Source: Gammaproteobacteria bacterium
GTDB lineage: Bacteria; Pseudomonadota; Gammaproteobacteria; Ga0077536
Direction: 5' to 3'
Length of the DNA: 64,000 nucleotides
Assembly: GCA_030830685.1 (NCBI GenBank)
Contig: JAURMM010000021.1
Span: 2,462-66,461 of the forward strand
In this document: positions 1 to 10,602 of the stretch, piece after piece
How positions within the stretch are numbered: the first letter of the stretch is position 1
How the letters are laid out: every line of letters starts with the position of its first letter
The notes under the pieces: generated by a model
Database searches by the model: none
What the model saw: the letters and a program-made list of their open reading frames with translations, nothing else
Told to the model about the DNA's origin: nothing
Program-made: the position numbers and the translations under genes

Positions 1-15
1 CAGACAGACGGACGC

Positions 16-336
16 ATGGCGAAGAAAATTGAAACTGATCGTGAATCGGGACTGGCGGTTGAAGAAGCACCGCCGCAGACCAAGACACCTCCGCTCTACA
101 AGGTCATCATGCTCAACGACGATTACACGCCAATGGAATTCGTCGTCCATGTGCTGGAAAAGTTTTTCGCGCTCGACCGCACCGCTGCGACGCGAGTAAT
201 GCTCGAAGTGCACACGCGCGGCAAGGGCGTCTGCGGCACCTTCGTGCACGAGATTGCCGAGACCAAGGTGGCGCACGTAAACGCTTATTCGCGCGAGAAC
301 CAACACCCCTTACTCTGTACCCTGGAACAGGCCTAG
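16..336 (+). CDS. clpS: ATP-dependent Clp protease adaptor ClpS
   Basis: 106-aa ORF with the core [23 protein letters not shown] typical of ClpS. It lies directly upstream of clpA. Confidence 0.95.
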   Translation: MAKKIETDRESGLAVEEAPPQTKTPPLYKVIMLNDDYTPMEFVVHVLEKFFALDRTAATRVMLEVHTRGKGVCGTFVHEIAETKVAHVNAYSRENQHPLLCTLEQA

Positions 337-375
337 AAACCCAGATACCGCGACACGCGGAGGCAGGATGGCACG

Positions 376-2646
376 GTGCTAAGCAAAGAACTGGAAGTAA
401 CGCTGAACCTGGCGTTCAAGGCTGCACGGGAGCAGCGGCATGAGTTCATGACGATCGAACACCTGCTGCTCGCACTCATCGACAATCCCACCGCCGCCAA
501 GGTGCTGAGGGCTTGCGGTGCTGATCTCAACCAGCTGCGGCGGCAGCTCGCGGATTTCATCCGCGAGAACTCCCCTGCCCTGCCGGAGGACGAGGAACGC
601 GACACGCAGCCGACACTGGGCTTTCAGCGCGTCCTGCAGAGAGCCGTATTCCATGTCCAGTCCTCAGGCAAGAAGGAAGTCACCGGCGCCAACGTGCTGG
701 TGGCTATCTTCGGTGAGCGCGAATCGCAGGCCGTGTATCTGCTCGGCCAGCAGAACATTGCCCGGCTCGACGTGGTCAACTGCATTTCCCACGGCATCTC
801 CAAGCTCGGAGAGGAAGAGAACACCGGCGAGAACACCGCCAACGCAGAAGAGGAAGGAGAAGCCGGCGAAGCCAGCAAGACCGCCCTCGATCAGTTCTGC
901 ACCAATCTCAACGAGCAGGCGCGGCGCGGCAAGATCGATCCCCTCATCGGGCGTCAGGATGAAATCGAGCGCACGGTCCAGATTCTCTGTCGCCGGCGCA
1001 AGAACAACCCTCTCTATGTGGGTGAGGCAGGGGTTGGCAAGACTGCCATCGCAGAGGGTCTGGCCAAGAAGATCATCGAGAAGGACGTTCCCGAGATTCT
1101 CCACAACGCGGTCATCTACTCGCTGGACCTCGGCGCGCTGCTTGCCGGTACCAAATACCGGGGGGATTTCGAGAAGCGGCTGAAGGCCGTGATCGCCCAA
1201 CTGAAGCGTGAGCCCGGCGCGGTGCTGTTCATCGACGAGATTCACACCATCATCGGAGCAGGCGCCGCCTCCGGAGGTGTCATGGATGCCTCAAACCTGA
1301 TCAAGCCGATGCTCGCGTCAGGTGAGATGAAGTGCATCGGGTCGACGACCTACCAGGAATATCGCGGCATCTTCGAAAAGGACCGGGCGCTGTCACGCCG
1401 CTTCCAGAAAATTGATGTCAACGAGCCCTCCGTAGAGGAAGCAGTCAAGATTCTCCAGGGGCTCAAGTCCCGTTTCGAAGAGCACCACGACGTCAAGTAC
1501 ACCAACCAGGCGCTCCGCTCGGCGGTGGAACTCACCAGCCGGTATATGAATGACAGGCATCTACCGGACAAGGCTATCGACATCATCGATGAGGCCGGCG
1601 CGCGCCAGCGCCTCGCACCGCCCTCCCGTCGCAAGAAGACCGTAGGCACTTTCGAGATCGAGGAGATCGTGGCCAAGGTTGCACGGATTCCGCCCAAGAC
1701 GGTGTCCACGTCCGACAAGGAAGTGCTGCAGAACCTGGAGCGGGATCTGAAGATGGTCGTATTTGGCCAGGACGAAGCCATCTCCACGTTGGCAACGGCC
1801 ATCAAGCTGTCCCGCTCAGGGCTCGGCAATCCCGAGAAGCCCATTGGTTCCTTCCTCTTTGCCGGGCCCACCGGCGTCGGCAAGACCGAAGTCACGCGAC
1901 AGCTCGCCCGCATCATGGGCATAGAGCTGATCCGATTCGATATGTCGGAATACATGGAACGGCATACCGTGTCGCGCCTCATCGGTGCTCCCCCGGGTTA
2001 TGTCGGGTTCGACAACGGCGGCCTGCTCACCGAGGCCGTGCACAAGCAGCCCCATGCCGTGCTGTTGCTGGATGAAATGGAAAAGGCCCACCCGGACGTC
2101 TTCAACGTCCTGCTTCAGGTGATGGACCACGGCACGCTGACGGATGCGAACGGACGCAAGACGGACTTCCGCAACGTGATCATCGTGATGACCACCAATG
2201 CAGGGGCTGAGCGGCTCAGCCGGGCTTCAATCGGCTTCACCTTGCAGGACCACGCAACCGATGCCGGCGAAGCGATCAAGCGCACGTTCAGCCCTGAGTT
2301 CCGCAACCGTCTGGATGCGGTGATCCAGTTCCGGGCGCTGGATCCGGCGACCATCGGTCATGTAGTCGACAAGTTCCTGGTGGAACTGGAGAGCCAGCTG
2401 GACAGCAAGAAAGTGACTCTGGAAGTGGATCAGGTTGCGCGGCAGTGGCTCGCCGAGCATGGCTACGATCCGCTGATGGGGGCACGCCCGATGAATCGCC
2501 TCATCCAGGAGAAGCTGAAGCGCGCACTGGCGGAGGAGCTGCTGTTCGGGCGTCTGGTGAATGGCGGCCATGTGCTGGTGACCGTGCGCGACGACGACAT
2601 CGCGGTCGAGATAGAAGTCGAAGAAAAAGTCACAGGAGAGGCCTGA
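376..2646 (+). CDS. clpA: ATP-dependent Clp protease ATP-binding subunit ClpA
   Basis: 756-aa ORF with a GTG start. The N-terminus [34 protein letters not shown] is close to E. coli ClpA. It has two Walker A motifs, GEAGVGKT and GPTGVGKT. Confidence 0.95.
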   Translation: MLSKELEVTLNLAFKAAREQRHEFMTIEHLLLALIDNPTAAKVLRACGADLNQLRRQLADFIRENSPALPEDEERDTQPTLGFQRVLQRAVFHVQSSGKKEVTGANVLVAIFGERESQAVYLLGQQNIARLDVVNCISHGISKLGEEENTGENTANAEEEGEAGEASKTALDQFCTNLNEQARRGKIDPLIGRQDEIERTVQILCRRRKNNPLYVGEAGVGKTAIAEGLAKKIIEKDVPEILHNAVIYSLDLGALLAGTKYRGDFEKRLKAVIAQLKREPGAVLFIDEIHTIIGAGAASGGVMDASNLIKPMLASGEMKCIGSTTYQEYRGIFEKDRALSRRFQKIDVNEPSVEEAVKILQGLKSRFEEHHDVKYTNQALRSAVELTSRYMNDRHLPDKAIDIIDEAGARQRLAPPSRRKKTVGTFEIEEIVAKVARIPPKTVSTSDKEVLQNLERDLKMVVFGQDEAISTLATAIKLSRSGLGNPEKPIGSFLFAGPTGVGKTEVTRQLARIMGIELIRFDMSEYMERHTVSRLIGAPPGYVGFDNGGLLTEAVHKQPHAVLLLDEMEKAHPDVFNVLLQVMDHGTLTDANGRKTDFRNVIIVMTTNAGAERLSRASIGFTLQDHATDAGEAIKRTFSPEFRNRLDAVIQFRALDPATIGHVVDKFLVELESQLDSKKVTLEVDQVARQWLAEHGYDPLMGARPMNRLIQEKLKRALAEELLFGRLVNGGHVLVTVRDDDIAVEIEVEEKVTGEA

Positions 2647-2656
2647 GCCCACTCAC

Positions 2657-3175
2657 ATGGTCAAGAACGCACTGGAAGTCGCGCCCCACACCTATCGCGA
2701 AACCTTCGGCCGCTACTACGAGGACTTCGAGGTGGGTGACACCTACCAGCATCGTCCGGGGCGCACGATCACGGAAACCGACAACACCTGGTTCACGCTA
2801 CTGACCATGAACACACACCCGCTGCACTTCGATCGCGAATACGCTGCGGGTTCGGAGTTTGGCCAACCCCTGGTGAACAGCGCCTTCACGGTCTCCCTGG
2901 TGGTGGGCATGAGCGTGAGCGATGTCAGCCAGAAGGCCATTGCCAATCTGGGCTGGAAGGAAATCAAACTGCCGAATCCGGTGTTCGTGGGCGATACGCT
3001 CTATGCGGAATCCGTGGTGCTCGAGAAGCGAGAATCAAAGTCGCGCCCCACTGCGGGCCTTGTGACCGTTCGGACACTGGGCAAGAAGCGCGATGGAACG
3101 GTGGTCTGCGAATTCGACAGGGTGATGCTCATTCCGCTGCGTGGCCATGCGGTGGAGGATCGCATCGACTACTGA
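2657..3175 (+). CDS. MaoC-like (hotdog-fold) dehydratase/enoyl-CoA hydratase
   Basis: 172-aa ORF. The pattern FEVGDTYQHRPGRTITETDNTWFTLLTMNTHPLHFD resembles MaoC dehydratase family proteins. Confidence 0.75.
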   Translation: MVKNALEVAPHTYRETFGRYYEDFEVGDTYQHRPGRTITETDNTWFTLLTMNTHPLHFDREYAAGSEFGQPLVNSAFTVSLVVGMSVSDVSQKAIANLGWKEIKLPNPVFVGDTLYAESVVLEKRESKSRPTAGLVTVRTLGKKRDGTVVCEFDRVMLIPLRGHAVEDRIDY

Positions 3176-3197
3176 CCGCCTTCGGCGGTGCGATGAT

Positions 3198-4514
3198 TCA
3201 GAGCAAGGACTTGAGCAGGACCTGGGAGTTGCGCTGAAAGTTGTACAGCGCGCGCCGTTCTCCGGGCAGTTCATCGAGCGTGTGCGGCAGGTAGCCGAGC
3301 TCCATGAACCAATGGTGAGCCTGGGTGGTCAGGACGAAAATCTTGCTGAGGCCTGCCGCCCGAGCCCGGGTCTCCAGCGCACCCATCAGCCACTTGCCGA
3401 AGCCGTGCCGGCGATAAGCCGGATCGACCGCAACGCCCGCGATTTCCGCCATACCGGACTCGACGTAGGGGTACAGTCCGGCGCAGGCGACTGTTGCACC
3501 GTCACGCACGACGACCATGAAGTGGTCGATTTCCGTTTCCAGCTTCTCGCGCGAACGCTTCACGAGCACACCGCTCGCCTCGAGCGGCTCGATCAAGTCC
3601 AGAATGCCGCCCACATCCTCGATGGTAGCCTGGCGTATCTGGTCGAAAGGCGTGTCGCTGACGAGTGTACCCACACCATCGCGGGAGAAGAGTTCCAGCA
3701 GGAGCGCTCCATCGGTGGCCTCGAGCAGGTGCACCCTGCCCACGCCGAACTGGCAGGCTCTGGCCGCGCTGGCCAGTCCCTGGTTGGGGTTGATCGACTC
3801 CCTCAAACGTTCCCTCGCCTCACGCAGCGTCAATTGGCGCAGGAGCGCACCATGCTCATCCAGCAAGGCGCCGCTCGGCGAGAGCAGGATGAGTTTTGCC
3901 GCTTTCAGTGCGATGGCAACCTCGGTCGCCAGATCCATCGCGTTGAGACTGAAAGTCTCACCCGTGGGCGAGTAACCGAGCGGCGAGATCAGCACCACAT
4001 CGACCACTTGCAACTGGGCCTGCAAGGCGGCCGTGTCCACCCGACGAATCTCTCCGGTGAACTGCAGATCCACACCATCGATGATGCCGGCCGGGCGCGC
4101 GGTGACATGATTACCGCTGACGATCCGCAAGGGGCTGGCTCCGAGAGGCCTGACGCGGGTGGCATGCGCGAACTGCGCCTCCATGCTGTAACGCACGGCG
4201 GCGGCGGCATCCTTGGCGTGCGCCAGCGTGGCGGCATCGGTCACGCGCAGATGGCCTTTGAGCACAGTCTCCAGACCGGCTTCGGCGAGTCGCTGCACAA
4301 GCTGTGAGCGCGTGCCATGCACGACCACCAGACGCACACCCACCCCTGCCAGCAGGGTCAAGTCCTGGATAAGCTGGGGGAATGCTCCCTCGGCGACCAG
4401 TTCACCGGCGACATAGACGACAAAGGTATGTCCGCGGTGCGCGCGCATGTAGGGCGAGGCCTCGCGCATGAAGCGCACGAACACTGCGGCATCCGGCTGA
4501 AGCTGATGGTCCAT
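3198..4514 (-). CDS. argA: Amino-acid N-acetyltransferase (N-acetylglutamate synthase)
   Basis: An amino-acid kinase-like N-terminal half ([27 protein letters not shown]) is joined to a C-terminal GNAT domain ([10 protein letters not shown]). The start is set to the internal ATG at 4514 (MDHQLQP); the ORF-track start at 4610 adds an implausible Arg/Cys-rich leader. Confidence 0.9.
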   Translation of the reverse strand: MDHQLQPDAAVFVRFMREASPYMRAHRGHTFVVYVAGELVAEGAFPQLIQDLTLLAGVGVRLVVVHGTRSQLVQRLAEAGLETVLKGHLRVTDAATLAHAKDAAAAVRYSMEAQFAHATRVRPLGASPLRIVSGNHVTARPAGIIDGVDLQFTGEIRRVDTAALQAQLQVVDVVLISPLGYSPTGETFSLNAMDLATEVAIALKAAKLILLSPSGALLDEHGALLRQLTLREARERLRESINPNQGLASAARACQFGVGRVHLLEATDGALLLELFSRDGVGTLVSDTPFDQIRQATIEDVGGILDLIEPLEASGVLVKRSREKLETEIDHFMVVVRDGATVACAGLYPYVESGMAEIAGVAVDPAYRRHGFGKWLMGALETRARAAGLSKIFVLTTQAHHWFMELGYLPHTLDELPGERRALYNFQRNSQVLLKSLL

Positions 4515-4624
4515 GCGTCGGCATTCTACACAGGGCTTGCCGCAAGCTCGACGGCGCGGCGACGGACGCTGGCTTTGCCGGTATGATCCCCGCCTCATCG
4601 TGCAGTGCATTCCCGGAGCCGGCC

Positions 4625-6304
4625 ATGACAGACAAACTGAACCGTTACAGCGCCCGCATCACCCAACCCCGTTCGCAGGGCGCCTCCCAGGCCATGCTCT
4701 ATGCGACGGGACTCAAGCGCGAAGATCTGGACAAGCCGCAGATCGGCATCGCGAGCATGTGGTTCGAGGGCAACCCCTGCAACATGCACCTGCTGGACCT
4801 CGGCGCCCAGGTCAAACAGGGCGTGGAAGCAGCCGGAATGGTCGGCATGCGCTTCAACACCATCGGTGTCAGTGATGGCATCTCGATGGGTACCGACGGC
4901 ATGAGCTACTCCCTGCAGTCCCGGGAGATCATTGCCGACTCGATCGAAACCACCATGGGCGGTCAATGGTATGACGCACTGGTGGCGATTCCGGGGTGCG
5001 ACAAGAACATGCCGGGATGCATCATCGCGATGGCCCGTCTCAATCGGCCGGCGGTCATGGTCTATGGCGGCACCATCAAGCCGGGGCATTCCCGCGGCGA
5101 GACCTTGGATATCGTGTCCGCCTTTCAGTGCTATGGCGCTTACATCGCCGGCACCATCGATGACACCCGCCGCGAGGAAATCGTGCGCAACGCCTGCCCG
5201 GGCGCGGGGGCCTGTGGTGGCATGTACACCGCAAACACCATGGCCTCGGCGATCGAAGCCATGGGCATGAGCCTTCCCTACAGTTCCTCCACACCTGCGG
5301 TCGACCCGCTGAAGCTGGAGGAGTGCCGGCGAGCCGGTGATGCCGTGCGGCATCTGCTGGAACGGGACATCAAGCCGCGCGACATCATGACCCGGGCCGC
5401 CTTCGAGAACGCAATGGTGGTGGTGTCGGCCTTGGGTGGATCCACCAACGCCGTGCTCCATCTGCTCGCCATGGCCCGTGCGGCCGGGGTGGAGCTGTCG
5501 CTCGATGATTTCCAGAAGGTCTCGAATCGCGTGCCGCTGCTGGCCGATCTCAAGCCGAGCGGCAAATACGTGATGGAGGATGTGCAACGCATCGGTGGCA
5601 TTCCTGCCGTCATGAAGTATCTGATGGAGCAGGGCCTCATCGATGGCAGCTGTCTCACTTGCACGGGTCGGACCCTCGCCGAGAATCTTGCCGACCTTCC
5701 CGGCCTCGCCGAAGGCCAGCAAGTGATCCGCCCGCTATCCAATCCCATCAAGGCGACAGGCCATATCCAGATTTTGCGTGGCAACCTCGCCCCCGGTGGC
5801 TCCGTCGCCAAAATCACCGGCAAGGAAGGCCTCACCTTCACCGGTCCGGCCAAGGTCTATGATTCGGAAGAGGACATGCTGAAGGCATTGGAGCAGAAGG
5901 AGATCGGCAAGGGCGACGTGGTGGTCATCCGCTATGAAGGACCGCAGGGCGGGCCAGGCATGCCGGAGATGCTCACGCCCACCTCGGCCCTGATGGGCGC
6001 GGGCTTGGGTGACTCCGTCGCGCTCATCACAGACGGACGCTTCTCGGGCGGCTCGCATGGCTTCATCGTGGGCCATGTGGTGCCCGAGGCGCAGCTGGGC
6101 GGGCCCATTGCGCTCATTCGTAGCGGTGATGTCGTCACCATCGATGCGGCGCAGGGGCGCCTCGATGTCGCAGTTCCCGAGGCTGAAATGGCTGCGCGCC
6201 ACGCAGCGTGGACCATGCCGCCCTACAAGGTCACCCGCGGCACCCTCTACAAGTTCATCAAGACGGTGAAGTCGGCGTCCGAGGGTTGCGTAACCGACGA
6301 GTAG
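4625..6304 (+). CDS. ilvD: Dihydroxy-acid dehydratase
   Basis: The sequence [29 protein letters not shown] ... PGCDKNMPG ... TDGRFSGG is a clear IlvD/Edd family signature. The start is set to the ATG at 4625. Confidence 0.95.
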   Translation: MTDKLNRYSARITQPRSQGASQAMLYATGLKREDLDKPQIGIASMWFEGNPCNMHLLDLGAQVKQGVEAAGMVGMRFNTIGVSDGISMGTDGMSYSLQSREIIADSIETTMGGQWYDALVAIPGCDKNMPGCIIAMARLNRPAVMVYGGTIKPGHSRGETLDIVSAFQCYGAYIAGTIDDTRREEIVRNACPGAGACGGMYTANTMASAIEAMGMSLPYSSSTPAVDPLKLEECRRAGDAVRHLLERDIKPRDIMTRAAFENAMVVVSALGGSTNAVLHLLAMARAAGVELSLDDFQKVSNRVPLLADLKPSGKYVMEDVQRIGGIPAVMKYLMEQGLIDGSCLTCTGRTLAENLADLPGLAEGQQVIRPLSNPIKATGHIQILRGNLAPGGSVAKITGKEGLTFTGPAKVYDSEEDMLKALEQKEIGKGDVVVIRYEGPQGGPGMPEMLTPTSALMGAGLGDSVALITDGRFSGGSHGFIVGHVVPEAQLGGPIALIRSGDVVTIDAAQGRLDVAVPEAEMAARHAAWTMPPYKVTRGTLYKFIKTVKSASEGCVTDE

Positions 6305-6319
6305 GATCGAGCCTTGGTC

Positions 6320-6352
6320 GCGGCCCCGGCTCTCCAACCGCGCCGGGGTCGC
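6320..6352. terminator. GC-rich hairpin between convergent ilvD and the transglycosylase gene
   Basis: GCGGCCCCGG-N13-CCGGGGTCGC forms a 10-bp stem with one G-U pair. There is no U-run, so terminator function is only a candidate. Confidence 0.3.
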
Positions 6353-6359
6353 CTGACGC

Positions 6360-6992
6360 TCAGAGCGACATCTTCTTGTAGTCGTCGTAGAACTTCAGCA
6401 CGCGTTTGACGTAGGTCTGGGTCTCTTCGTAGGGCGGAATCCTGCGCCCGTGTTTCAGCACCGCACCCTCGCCCGCGTTGTAGGCCGCAATGGCCAGCAC
6501 AAGGTCGTTGTTGAACATGCCGAGCAAATCCTTGAGGTACTCAGTCCCCCCGGCAATGTTCGCAACCGGATCACGCCGGTTGTGCACGCCATAACGCTCG
6601 GCGGTCGCCGGCATCAGCTGCATCAGACCAACCGCGCCGGCAGTCGAGACGGCGTTCGGGTCATAGGCCGATTCGGCCGTGATCACCGCATGCACCAGCG
6701 CTGTCGGCAGGGCGCGCTCGAGCGCTGCCTCGGCAATGGTGCGGCTGAAGCGTTGGCGGTTGGCAGCGAGCAGCCGGTAATTCACGGACGCAGCGCCCCG
6801 TGATTGCGACCACCCTTTCCAGGTGCGCACCAGGCGCTTGTAGCCCGCGTGCTCCGGGCGGTCGGTGAGGTAGACCCGCCCGTACTTGTCGACGTACTTG
6901 TAGATGTCAGCCCGCGCGGACGGCAGCTCCCAGCACCACAGCGACGTGAGCAGGATGCAAGAGACGACAATCTGCTGCGGCTTGATGGTCAT
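6360..6992 (-). CDS. Lytic transglycosylase (SLT domain) with DUF4124-like N-terminus
   Basis: It carries the SLT catalytic region ITAESAYDPNAVSTAGAVGLMQLMPATAERYG ... AAYNAGEGAV. The N-terminus has a signal peptide and DIYKYVDKYGRVYLTD. Its start overlaps the pgpA stop (ATGA). Confidence 0.85.
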   Translation of the reverse strand: MTIKPQQIVVSCILLTSLWCWELPSARADIYKYVDKYGRVYLTDRPEHAGYKRLVRTWKGWSQSRGAASVNYRLLAANRQRFSRTIAEAALERALPTALVHAVITAESAYDPNAVSTAGAVGLMQLMPATAERYGVHNRRDPVANIAGGTEYLKDLLGMFNNDLVLAIAAYNAGEGAVLKHGRRIPPYEETQTYVKRVLKFYDDYKKMSL

Positions 6993-7528
6993 GGGCTGCC
7001 GAGAAATCTTCCTGGATTCAGCTGCATCAGCACCAACCCGGCCACCGCACCGGCAGCCAGATCATCGGCCATCACACCCCACCCTCCGCCGAGACGGCGT
7101 TCGAGCAGGCCTATGGGCCATGGCTTCGTGATGTCGAGGATACGGAACAGCACAAAAGCGGCCAACAGGGTTAGCGGCGTCACCCCGCCAGAACCTGACC
7201 CAGGGGGAAGTCCGATCCCGGCCGCCAGCCCGATCGCCACCATCACCCCTACGACTTCATCCCAGACGATGGCGCCGTGGTCCACCTGCCCAAGGATGAT
7301 CCCGGTGCGTCTGCAGAGTGGAACGCCCGTGGCACCCATGAGCATCAACAGCCCCCAGAACCACGCAGCCGGCAATCCCTGCAGGCACCAGGCCATCAAC
7401 ACACCCACCGCGCTGCCCCAGGTACCGGGGGCAAACGGCATGAGCCCCGCGCCCCCGCCGAGGCTCAGGAAATGCCCCGGGTCCCTGAGCAGTCTGGCAG
7501 AGGGCACGCGAGCCCGGTGCGTGCTCAC
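6989..7528 (-). CDS. pgpA: Phosphatidylglycerophosphatase A
   Basis: The motifs GTWGSAVGVL ... ILDITKPWPIG ... GWGVMADDLAAG are typical of PgpA. It shows a 4-nt overlap with both neighbouring genes. Confidence 0.85.
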   Translation of the reverse strand: MSTHRARVPSARLLRDPGHFLSLGGGAGLMPFAPGTWGSAVGVLMAWCLQGLPAAWFWGLLMLMGATGVPLCRRTGIILGQVDHGAIVWDEVVGVMVAIGLAAGIGLPPGSGSGGVTPLTLLAAFVLFRILDITKPWPIGLLERRLGGGWGVMADDLAAGAVAGLVLMQLNPGRFLGSP

Positions 7529-8400
7529 TCCCCTTCTGCCGCAGGCAGCACAAAGCCCGACAATGCGGCGAGCTGTTCAGGGGCCAAGGCACCCGGGCGC
7601 TTGTTGCCGCGGATGATCCAGGTCGGGTAGGTTCGGATTTCGGCCACCAGGCAGTCCGTACTCGGCGGGGTGCCGGGACCATGGGGTGAGCATTCGATGT
7701 AGGGCAGCGCCTCTGCGGCGCTCCCGAATACGGACTTCTGGCCCGCACAGGCGCCGCACCAGGAGGCGCCGTAGAAGCGCGCGCCAGATTCACGCAAGTG
7801 GTCCGCCAACTGCTGGAGAACCCGGGGCTCGAGGCCGGAGGTCGTGCGCACGCCTTCCCCTTGCGCCTGATACACCAGCGTGACGGCGCCAACCGCTGCC
7901 ACCAGAGTCAGACCGCCCAGCCAGCGTCGAAGCAGGGGCTCGCTGCGGAGCCAGCCTCGGACTGTGAGGGCTGTTATGAGGGCGAGCGAGGCAAGGCACC
8001 ACGGGCACCAGGCATTGAGCTCATGCCAGGTGATTGCGGTCAGATAAGCACTGATGGCCATGCCAGTCGTCGCTGCCACGGGGATTGCGGCAGCACTCGC
8101 GCGACGATCAGGCCAGGCGCTCAACACCGCGAGCAGGAGATAGGCTGCCGCCCCCCACGCCGCCACGGGCAGTCCCCAGAGCACGGACCACGGACTCTGC
8201 TGGACGCGATCACAACCACCACCTGCCGCGCAGCCGGGCAGGCCATCGCTCTGATGGTTGAGCCACAGGTAAAGCGAGAGCAGCACGCCCAACACGGCCA
8301 GGATCAAGGAGAGGCGGTCTGTACCTCGGCTGCCGGCTGGCGCGGTGGTGGCCGGAGCCTTGGGGGGCTTCGAAGCCGGACGTTTCTTTGCGTTTGACAC
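7525..8400 (-). CDS. Vitamin K epoxide reductase (VKOR) family protein fused to a thioredoxin-like domain
   Basis: The membrane domain has cysteines in VKOR spacing (PGCAAGGGCDRV ... CPWC). The C-terminal part has WCGACAGQ (a Trx-type CxxC). The start is set to GTG 8400, preceded by GGGGAGAG. The ORF-track N-terminal 129 aa overlaps the lpxD promoter region and looks non-coding. Confidence 0.75.
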   Translation of the reverse strand: MSNAKKRPASKPPKAPATTAPAGSRGTDRLSLILAVLGVLLSLYLWLNHQSDGLPGCAAGGGCDRVQQSPWSVLWGLPVAAWGAAAYLLLAVLSAWPDRRASAAAIPVAATTGMAISAYLTAITWHELNAWCPWCLASLALITALTVRGWLRSEPLLRRWLGGLTLVAAVGAVTLVYQAQGEGVRTTSGLEPRVLQQLADHLRESGARFYGASWCGACAGQKSVFGSAAEALPYIECSPHGPGTPPSTDCLVAEIRTYPTWIIRGNKRPGALAPEQLAALSGFVLPAAEGE

Positions 8401-8509
8401 TCTCTCTCCCCTTACTCGATAGTGCGGGCCGTTCGAACCGGCCCAGTGCCTGCTGAAGTGGGTGGCTGAGCCTATTCTTACCCATCGACAGCCAACAGGG
8501 GGAGAGCGC

Positions 8510-9514
8510 GTGCGACGACTCGGGGAATTGGCAGAGCGCATCGGCGCGCAGCTGGCGGGTGATCCCATGTTCGAGATCACGGGCCTGTGCGGCCTGAGTG
8601 ATGATCTACCCCTTGCCCTCTCCTTCCTCGGCAAGCCGAGCCAGCGGCGGGCGGCGCTCGCTTCCCGGATTCCCGCCTTCATCACCCGGCCCGAGCATGC
8701 GCTGGAGGGCAAGCACTGCCTGCTCCACCCGGATCCGGATCTGGCAATCGTGGAACTGGCGCGCCTTTTCGAACCCTCGCACCTCACCTACGCAGAGCCG
8801 CACATCATCCACCCCAGTGCGGTCGTCCATCCCACAGCCGTCATTGGCGAAGGCAGCTCTGTGGGTGCTCATGTCGTGGTCGGGGAGCAGGTGCGGGTAG
8901 GCGCGCGGTGCGTGATTCACCCGGGGGTGGTCATCATGAATCGGGTCGCGATAGGCGATGATTGCGTGATCCATCCCAATGCCGTCGTGCGCGAAGACAG
9001 CGTGCTTGGTCACCGCGTGGTGCTGCAACCTGGCGCGGTGGTGGGCGGTGACGGCTATGGCTTCCTCGAACGTGACGGGCGACACATCAAGATCCCGCAG
9101 CTCGGCCATGTAGTGCTGGAGGACGATGTCGAGATTGGCGCCAATACCACCATCGATCGCGGACGCTTCACCGCCACGCGAGTGGGGCGTGGGACCAAGG
9201 TGGACAATCTGGTCATGATTGCCCACAACGTGCAGGTGGGTGAGCAGTGCCTCATCGTGGCCCAGACCGGGATCTCCGGCAGCACCCACCTTGGCGACCG
9301 GGTCACGCTCGCGGGTCAGGTAGGGGTCACTGGGCACCTCGAGATCTGCAGCGATGTGACCGTGATGGGCAAATCGGTCGTCGCCAAACATGTTCTCCGC
9401 CCCGGCGTCTATGCCGGCATTCCCATCCGGCCCATTGCGCAATGGAAGAAGACGGTGGCAAAGCTCAATGCGCTGGCACGGGAGCCGGGCGACACTGAAT
9501 CCTCCCCCGACTGA
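8510..9514 (+). CDS. lpxD: UDP-3-O-acylglucosamine N-acyltransferase
   Basis: It has the LpxD N-terminal domain (LGELAERIGAQLAGD) followed by long hexapeptide (LbH) repeats and GANTTIDRG ... KVDNLVMIAHNVQVG. The GTG start at 8510 follows GGGGGAGAG. Confidence 0.85.
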   Translation: MRRLGELAERIGAQLAGDPMFEITGLCGLSDDLPLALSFLGKPSQRRAALASRIPAFITRPEHALEGKHCLLHPDPDLAIVELARLFEPSHLTYAEPHIIHPSAVVHPTAVIGEGSSVGAHVVVGEQVRVGARCVIHPGVVIMNRVAIGDDCVIHPNAVVREDSVLGHRVVLQPGAVVGGDGYGFLERDGRHIKIPQLGHVVLEDDVEIGANTTIDRGRFTATRVGRGTKVDNLVMIAHNVQVGEQCLIVAQTGISGSTHLGDRVTLAGQVGVTGHLEICSDVTVMGKSVVAKHVLRPGVYAGIPIRPIAQWKKTVAKLNALAREPGDTESSPD

Positions 9515-9550
9515 ACCCTCCGCCTACTGAACTGGCCGCTTTCCTCCCGC

Positions 9551-10495
9551 TCAGGCCGCGGGAGGAAAGCGGCTCGCGCGACTGAGTGCTGCCGGCAGCG
9601 CAGCACCGAGGGGTCCTTCCAACCAGTGTGTGGTGTCGATGATGCCATCCATCGACAGGCCGCTCGAATACCCCATGTTCTCGAAGAGATAGAGCAGATC
9701 CTCGGTGGCCACGTTACCCGTGGCGCCAGGCGCGAACGGACAGCCGCCCACGCCGCCACAGCTGGCGTCGAAAATGCGTACACCTGCCAGCAGCGCGGCA
9801 TAGACATTGGCCACCGCGGTGTTGCGCGTGTTGTGGAAGTGCAGGCGCAGCGGGACCCCGCCCCGGATGCGGTTGATTTCGCGCACCAGATGATCCACCT
9901 GCCCTGGCACCGCCACCCCAATCGTATCGGCCAGCCCGATCTCATCCACGCCGAGATCGAGCAGCCTGGCAGCAAGTTCCATCACCCGCGCAGGTGCCAC
10001 ACGGCCCTCGTAAGGACACCCGAAGGCGGCAGACAGCGTCACGCCGCAAGTGATGCCTGCACTGCGCGCCTCGCGCGCGATGACGGACACACTGTCCATG
10101 ATCGCGGCCACGGGCATGCCCTGGTTACGCTGGGAGAAGGTTTCGGTGGCTACCACCACCGTATTGATCTCACGCAGGCCGGATTCCACGGCGCGTTCAA
10201 AGCCACGCGTATTCAGGACCAGTCCGATGTAGCGCAGATCCGGCCGCTGCGGCAGCCCACGGATCACTTCGTCCGCGTCCGCCATCTGCGGGACCCGCTT
10301 GGGGTTCACGAAACTCACCACCTCCATGCGCCTCACCCCGGCGGCGATCAGGCGTTCGATGAAAGCAAGCTTGGTGGCGGTGTCGATCAGCGTGGGCTGG
10401 CTCTGCAGGCCGTCACGGGGACCGACCTCCACAATCTCGACGGGCGTTGGGGTGTCTGCATTCATGGGGCTCACCGGCGATGAAATCGGTGGCAT
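9551..10495 (-). CDS. Hydroxymethylglutaryl-CoA lyase
   Basis: The motifs VEIVEVGPRDGLQSQP ... HFHNTRNTAVANV ... GGCPFAPGATGNVATEDL form a DRE-TIM HMG-CoA lyase signature. The true start may be the internal MNADTP (10465). Confidence 0.9.
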   Translation of the reverse strand: MPPISSPVSPMNADTPTPVEIVEVGPRDGLQSQPTLIDTATKLAFIERLIAAGVRRMEVVSFVNPKRVPQMADADEVIRGLPQRPDLRYIGLVLNTRGFERAVESGLREINTVVVATETFSQRNQGMPVAAIMDSVSVIAREARSAGITCGVTLSAAFGCPYEGRVAPARVMELAARLLDLGVDEIGLADTIGVAVPGQVDHLVREINRIRGGVPLRLHFHNTRNTAVANVYAALLAGVRIFDASCGGVGGCPFAPGATGNVATEDLLYLFENMGYSSGLSMDGIIDTTHWLEGPLGAALPAALSRASRFPPAA

Positions 10496-10602
10496 CTTAA
10501 TCCAGGCGTTCCTGTCATGTGCATTCGATAAGACTTGTCATTGTGGCATCGGCACGAAATCATGCCGTCATATCTCCATGCAGCCACAACGGAACAGGAC
10601 CG

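Noticed and set aside
3141-4307. A 388-aa plus-strand ORF opposite argA, plus similar long shadow ORFs such as 4595..5722 opposite ilvD, 10783..12360 opposite gor, 52727..53821 opposite aceE, 21123..22100 opposite ppiD, and 60163..60897 opposite argG.
   Set aside because: Each overlaps a gene with a clear family signature on the other strand. Each has an Arg/Gly/His-rich composition typical of antisense frames, and none has a convincing start context.
8401-8787. The 129-codon N-terminal extension of the VKOR ORF given in the track.
   Set aside because: It is Arg/Ser-rich with no domain and overlaps the divergent lpxD start region. A GTG with a good Shine-Dalgarno sequence at 8400 begins right before the Lys/Pro-rich linker and first TM helix.
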